Source: an uncultured bacterium (GTDB taxonomy: Bacteria; Omnitrophota; Gorgyraeia; Duberdicusellales; CBEUCJ01). From it: 64,000 bases of DNA. The first letter of the stretch is position 1. Every line of letters starts with the position of its first letter. The position numbers and the translations under genes are program-made. Shown in pieces: positions 61,532 through 64,000 of this stretch. The notes beneath the pieces were generated by a model that had not been told where the DNA came from, made no database searches, and saw only the letters and a list, made by a program, of their open reading frames with translations. Location: the NCBI GenBank assembly GCA_965541615.1, contig CBEUCJ010000002.1, positions 223,795 through 287,794 on the forward strand. Direction: 5' to 3'.

Positions 61532-62055
61532 TCTCTAAAACTAAATTCACATCCACAGTATCTCTGTCTATAAATGTTTAACTCTTTTGCTTTCTTCATA
61601 GTCTTTTCAAAACCACCCTTTTTTTTAAAATCTCTCTCTAAAAATTTTTTACTGATATTTCTTCCTATTTCATTTATTAATTTTGAATTTTTATGAGGAC
61701 TTATTGTTAAAGTTGTAGTAAAAAAATCAAACCCTCTTTCTTCTGCTTCTAAATGAGTCTTTTCTAATCTTAATTTAAAACATTCATAACACCTTCTGCC
61801 TCCCTCAGGTTCAGATTCTAAACCTTTTATCCTTTCCTTCCATTCTTTTCTATCATACTCTTTGACAATTAATGGGAAGTTTAAAATTTTAGATAATTTT
61901 ATAACTTCTTTTTTTCTCTTTTCAAATTCAGAATCTGGCCATATATTAGGATTGTAAAAAAAGCCTGTAACTTCAAAACCTTCTTCTCGCAATCTGCTAA
62001 TGCTCTCTAAAGCACAGACTGCACAACATATATGTAAGAGCACCTTATTTCCCAT
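61528..62055 (-). CDS. queH: Epoxyqueuosine reductase QueH (DUF208)
   Basis: 175 aa. LLHICCAVCA, CYECFKLR, YCGCEFS Cys motifs. Confidence 0.85.
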   Translation of the reverse strand: MGNKVLLHICCAVCALESISRLREEGFEVTGFFYNPNIWPDSEFEKRKKEVIKLSKILNFPLIVKEYDRKEWKERIKGLESEPEGGRRCYECFKLRLEKTHLEAEERGFDFFTTTLTISPHKNSKLINEIGRNISKKFLERDFKKKGGFEKTMKKAKELNIYRQRYCGCEFSFRE

Positions 62056-62962
62056 AAAACTTTCCTTGAAAAGAATCTCTTCTTTCTAACTCAGATTCTA
62101 TCTCCTTTAAAACTTTATTTTTATTTAAAATCCAAACAGGAGCTACCAATTTATCAGGAGAACAATCAGCAGTCAATCTTTGGATTACAAGTTTGGGAGG
62201 TAAAATCTCTAAAAAATCACAAACTATATCTACATACTCTTCTAATTTTAAAGGAGTATACTCTCCTCTATTATAGATTTTCTCTAAGTCTGTTCCTTTT
62301 ATCACATGGAGAATATGGATCTTTACTCCATCTAAATTTAACTCAGAGATTTTTTTAGCAGTCTCTAACATATCTTTCTTTGATTCATTAGGCAAACCCA
62401 AAATTACATGTGCACATATTTTAATCTCTTTATATTTTCTGATTAACTCTACACTTTTAAGAAAATCAAGAAAAGTGTGATTCCTATTAATCAATTTCAA
62501 AGTCTTATCATGGATACTTTGCAAGCCTAATTCTATCCAGACTTCATAATCTGGAGTAAAACTATTTATCAAATCTAACTTTTCTTTATCTATACAATCT
62601 GGTCTTGTGCCTATAGATAATCCTACTACATCCTCAAATTCTTTTATGACCAGATATCTTTCTCTTAAAATATTTAAAGGTGCGTAAGTATTTGTATAAC
62701 TTTGGAAGTAAACAAAAAATTTTTGTGCTTTATATTTTCTTCTACCAAATTCCATACCTATCTTTATCTGTTCTTTTAAAGGAGGTAATCCCTTTTCCCT
62801 TTTAAAAAAACTAAAAGCTGAATTATCACAAAAAATACAACCTTTTGTACTTAAAGTTCCATCTCTATTGGGACAACTAAAACCTGCATCTACACTTACT
62901 TTATAAACTTTACATTTAAATCTTTCTCTAAAATATCTATTTAAAGAATAGTACCTCTGCAT
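62045..62962 (-). CDS. TIGR01212-family radical SAM protein (YhcC-like)
   Basis: 305 aa. Cluster motif DAGFSCPNRDG...CIFCDN. Confidence 0.8.
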   Translation of the reverse strand: MQRYYSLNRYFRERFKCKVYKVSVDAGFSCPNRDGTLSTKGCIFCDNSAFSFFKREKGLPPLKEQIKIGMEFGRRKYKAQKFFVYFQSYTNTYAPLNILRERYLVIKEFEDVVGLSIGTRPDCIDKEKLDLINSFTPDYEVWIELGLQSIHDKTLKLINRNHTFLDFLKSVELIRKYKEIKICAHVILGLPNESKKDMLETAKKISELNLDGVKIHILHVIKGTDLEKIYNRGEYTPLKLEEYVDIVCDFLEILPPKLVIQRLTADCSPDKLVAPVWILNKNKVLKEIESELERRDSFQGKFYGK

Positions 62963-62968
62963 AAAGAT

Positions 62969-63322
62969 TTAATCACTGAAAAAAATAGAGATTAGTTCTT
63001 TTAAAGCTCTTGTAGTATGAATAATACCTTCTTTAAATCCATCTATTACTCCTTTACCCACTTCACCTATACTCCTCCAGATAGCAAATAATTTATACCT
63101 TAACTTTCCTCTTTTTTCAGGTTTTTCTCTCTGATAGACTTCATACATATAAGCTTTTTTTACATTTCTCACAGAGTATAAAAATATTCCTTTTAAAACT
63201 GATAGAGGTGCGTATGAAACTTCTTTAATTATATTTAAAATATGTTCCTTAACAGTCCTTGCTGAGCAAATGCTCTGCAAAAGAAACAAAAATAAAATAG
63301 ATATTAAGATTTTCTTTTTCAT
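62969..63322 (-). CDS. Small secreted hypothetical protein
   Basis: 117 aa. Signal peptide MKKKILISILFLFLLQSICSA. AAAAAGGAG Shine-Dalgarno upstream. Confidence 0.4.
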   Translation of the reverse strand: MKKKILISILFLFLLQSICSARTVKEHILNIIKEVSYAPLSVLKGIFLYSVRNVKKAYMYEVYQREKPEKRGKLRYKLFAIWRSIGEVGKGVIDGFKEGIIHTTRALKELISIFFSD

Positions 63323-63450
63323 CTTCTCAACTCCTTTTTATAACAAATTCTGCTGGTATTCAAATTTTTTATCTTTATCCTCCATCCAAACTTTTTTTCA
63401 CTTATTGATATTCTATAAACATCTTAAAGCAACCGAGGACTTGGAGAAGT

Positions 63451-64000
63451 TTAAAATTCAAAATCTTCAAGGTCAAATACTAAAAATCCTTTTTTTCTCA
63501 ATATTTTTTTATTCTCTATTCTTTTTGCTATAAGACCCCAAAACTTCTTTTTGAAATTTTTCTTTATAACTTCTGTCTTTTCTTTTAACTTTACCAAAAT
63601 ATTTTCTGCCTCTTTATTTTTTAATTCTTTCCATTTACATTCAAAAAAACCTACTTCATTTTTACCTGTTGCGACTATATCAATCTCATAAGAAATTCCT
63701 TTCTCTTTTCCCCATTGTTTACCGATTTTTATAAATTCAAAAGGTAAGTATTTTCTTTTCTCAATAAGAAAATCCATAGATATTTTCTCAAAAACATACC
63801 CTAAATATTGATTGTATTCTTTTTTTATCTCTCTGGCAGAAAAAATTCCCTCTTCAATAAAAGTAAGATTTGGATAAATAAATCTAAACCAGAAACTTAA
63901 AAAATTATCTTTAAGATAATATCTTCCTTTTCTTGATTTCGTTGATTCTAATATAGGGGTTCTTTTTTCTATAAATTCAGTCTCTATTAAGTTTTTTAGA
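63451..64000 (-). CDS. Archaeal-ATPase-family protein (PF01637-type AAA plus C-terminal DUF234), partial. The N-terminus lies beyond the window end.
   Basis: The ORF is open to the window edge. ...GRYYLKDNFLSFWFRFIYPN... matches the family xFxRFWFRF motif. The ORF-track call at 63451-63777 is only its C-terminal part. Confidence 0.6.
   Translation of the reverse strand, partial: LKNLIETEFIEKRTPILESTKSRKGRYYLKDNFLSFWFRFIYPNLTFIEEGIFSAREIKKEYNQYLGYVFEKISMDFLIEKRKYLPFEFIKIGKQWGKEKGISYEIDIVATGKNEVGFFECKWKELKNKEAENILVKLKEKTEVIKKNFKKKFWGLIAKRIENKKILRKKGFLVFDLEDFEF

Overview
This is a 64-kb, very AT-rich, highly compact bacterial core-genome segment, roughly 93% coding, with no mobile elements, CRISPR arrays or rRNA. 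I can support about 77 protein genes and 2 tRNAs. All but four genes lie on the minus strand (the plus-strand ones are an exeA-like ATPase, a gspB-like gene, purU and an FmdB zinc-ribbon gene). Neighbouring genes are separated by 0-8 nt or overlap by 4-8 nt.

The content is housekeeping and typical of an anaerobic, LPS-bearing bacterium with PPi-based glycolysis:
- Glycolysis: tpiA (partial), pgk, gap, ppdK and a PPi-dependent pfp.
- Redox: nfnAB and apbE.
- Biosynthesis: aroB, aroQ, purU, apt, guaA, a guaB3-like gene, thiC, thiE, panB, accBC, gmhA and hldE.
- Translation and RNA: glyQS, aspS, hisS, efp, rpsU, dtd, ybeY, rsmE, mtaB-like, queF and queH.
- DNA: dnaE, polX and recO.
- dNTP supply: nrdD, nrdG and thyX.
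- A recO-ybeY-pgpH-phoH block, lgt, an Asp23 gene, and two tRNAs: tRNA-Arg(CCT) and tRNA-Gly(CCC).

The points I consider worth a second look are:
- A tandem pair of GalT-like (HIT branch III) paralogs at the head of the gap-pgk-tpi operon, one with a degenerate HxHxQ active site.
- Two Memo-family genes. One is fused to AMMECR1 and sits in an operon with rsmE and an mtaB-like gene. The other is coupled by an ATGA overlap to rpsU. Neither has the canonical radical-SAM partner nearby.
- An FAH-family gene whose conserved N-terminus has no canonical start codon, only an ATAA junction with the thyX stop.
- Two short genes missing from the ORF track: rpsU and a Trm112-like gene.
- The thiC stop codon lying inside tRNA-Gly.
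- A degraded HEPN ORF overlapping an MNT gene.
- An orphan ExeA/GspB-like pair.

All functional calls rest on motif recognition by eye; nothing was searched against a database.
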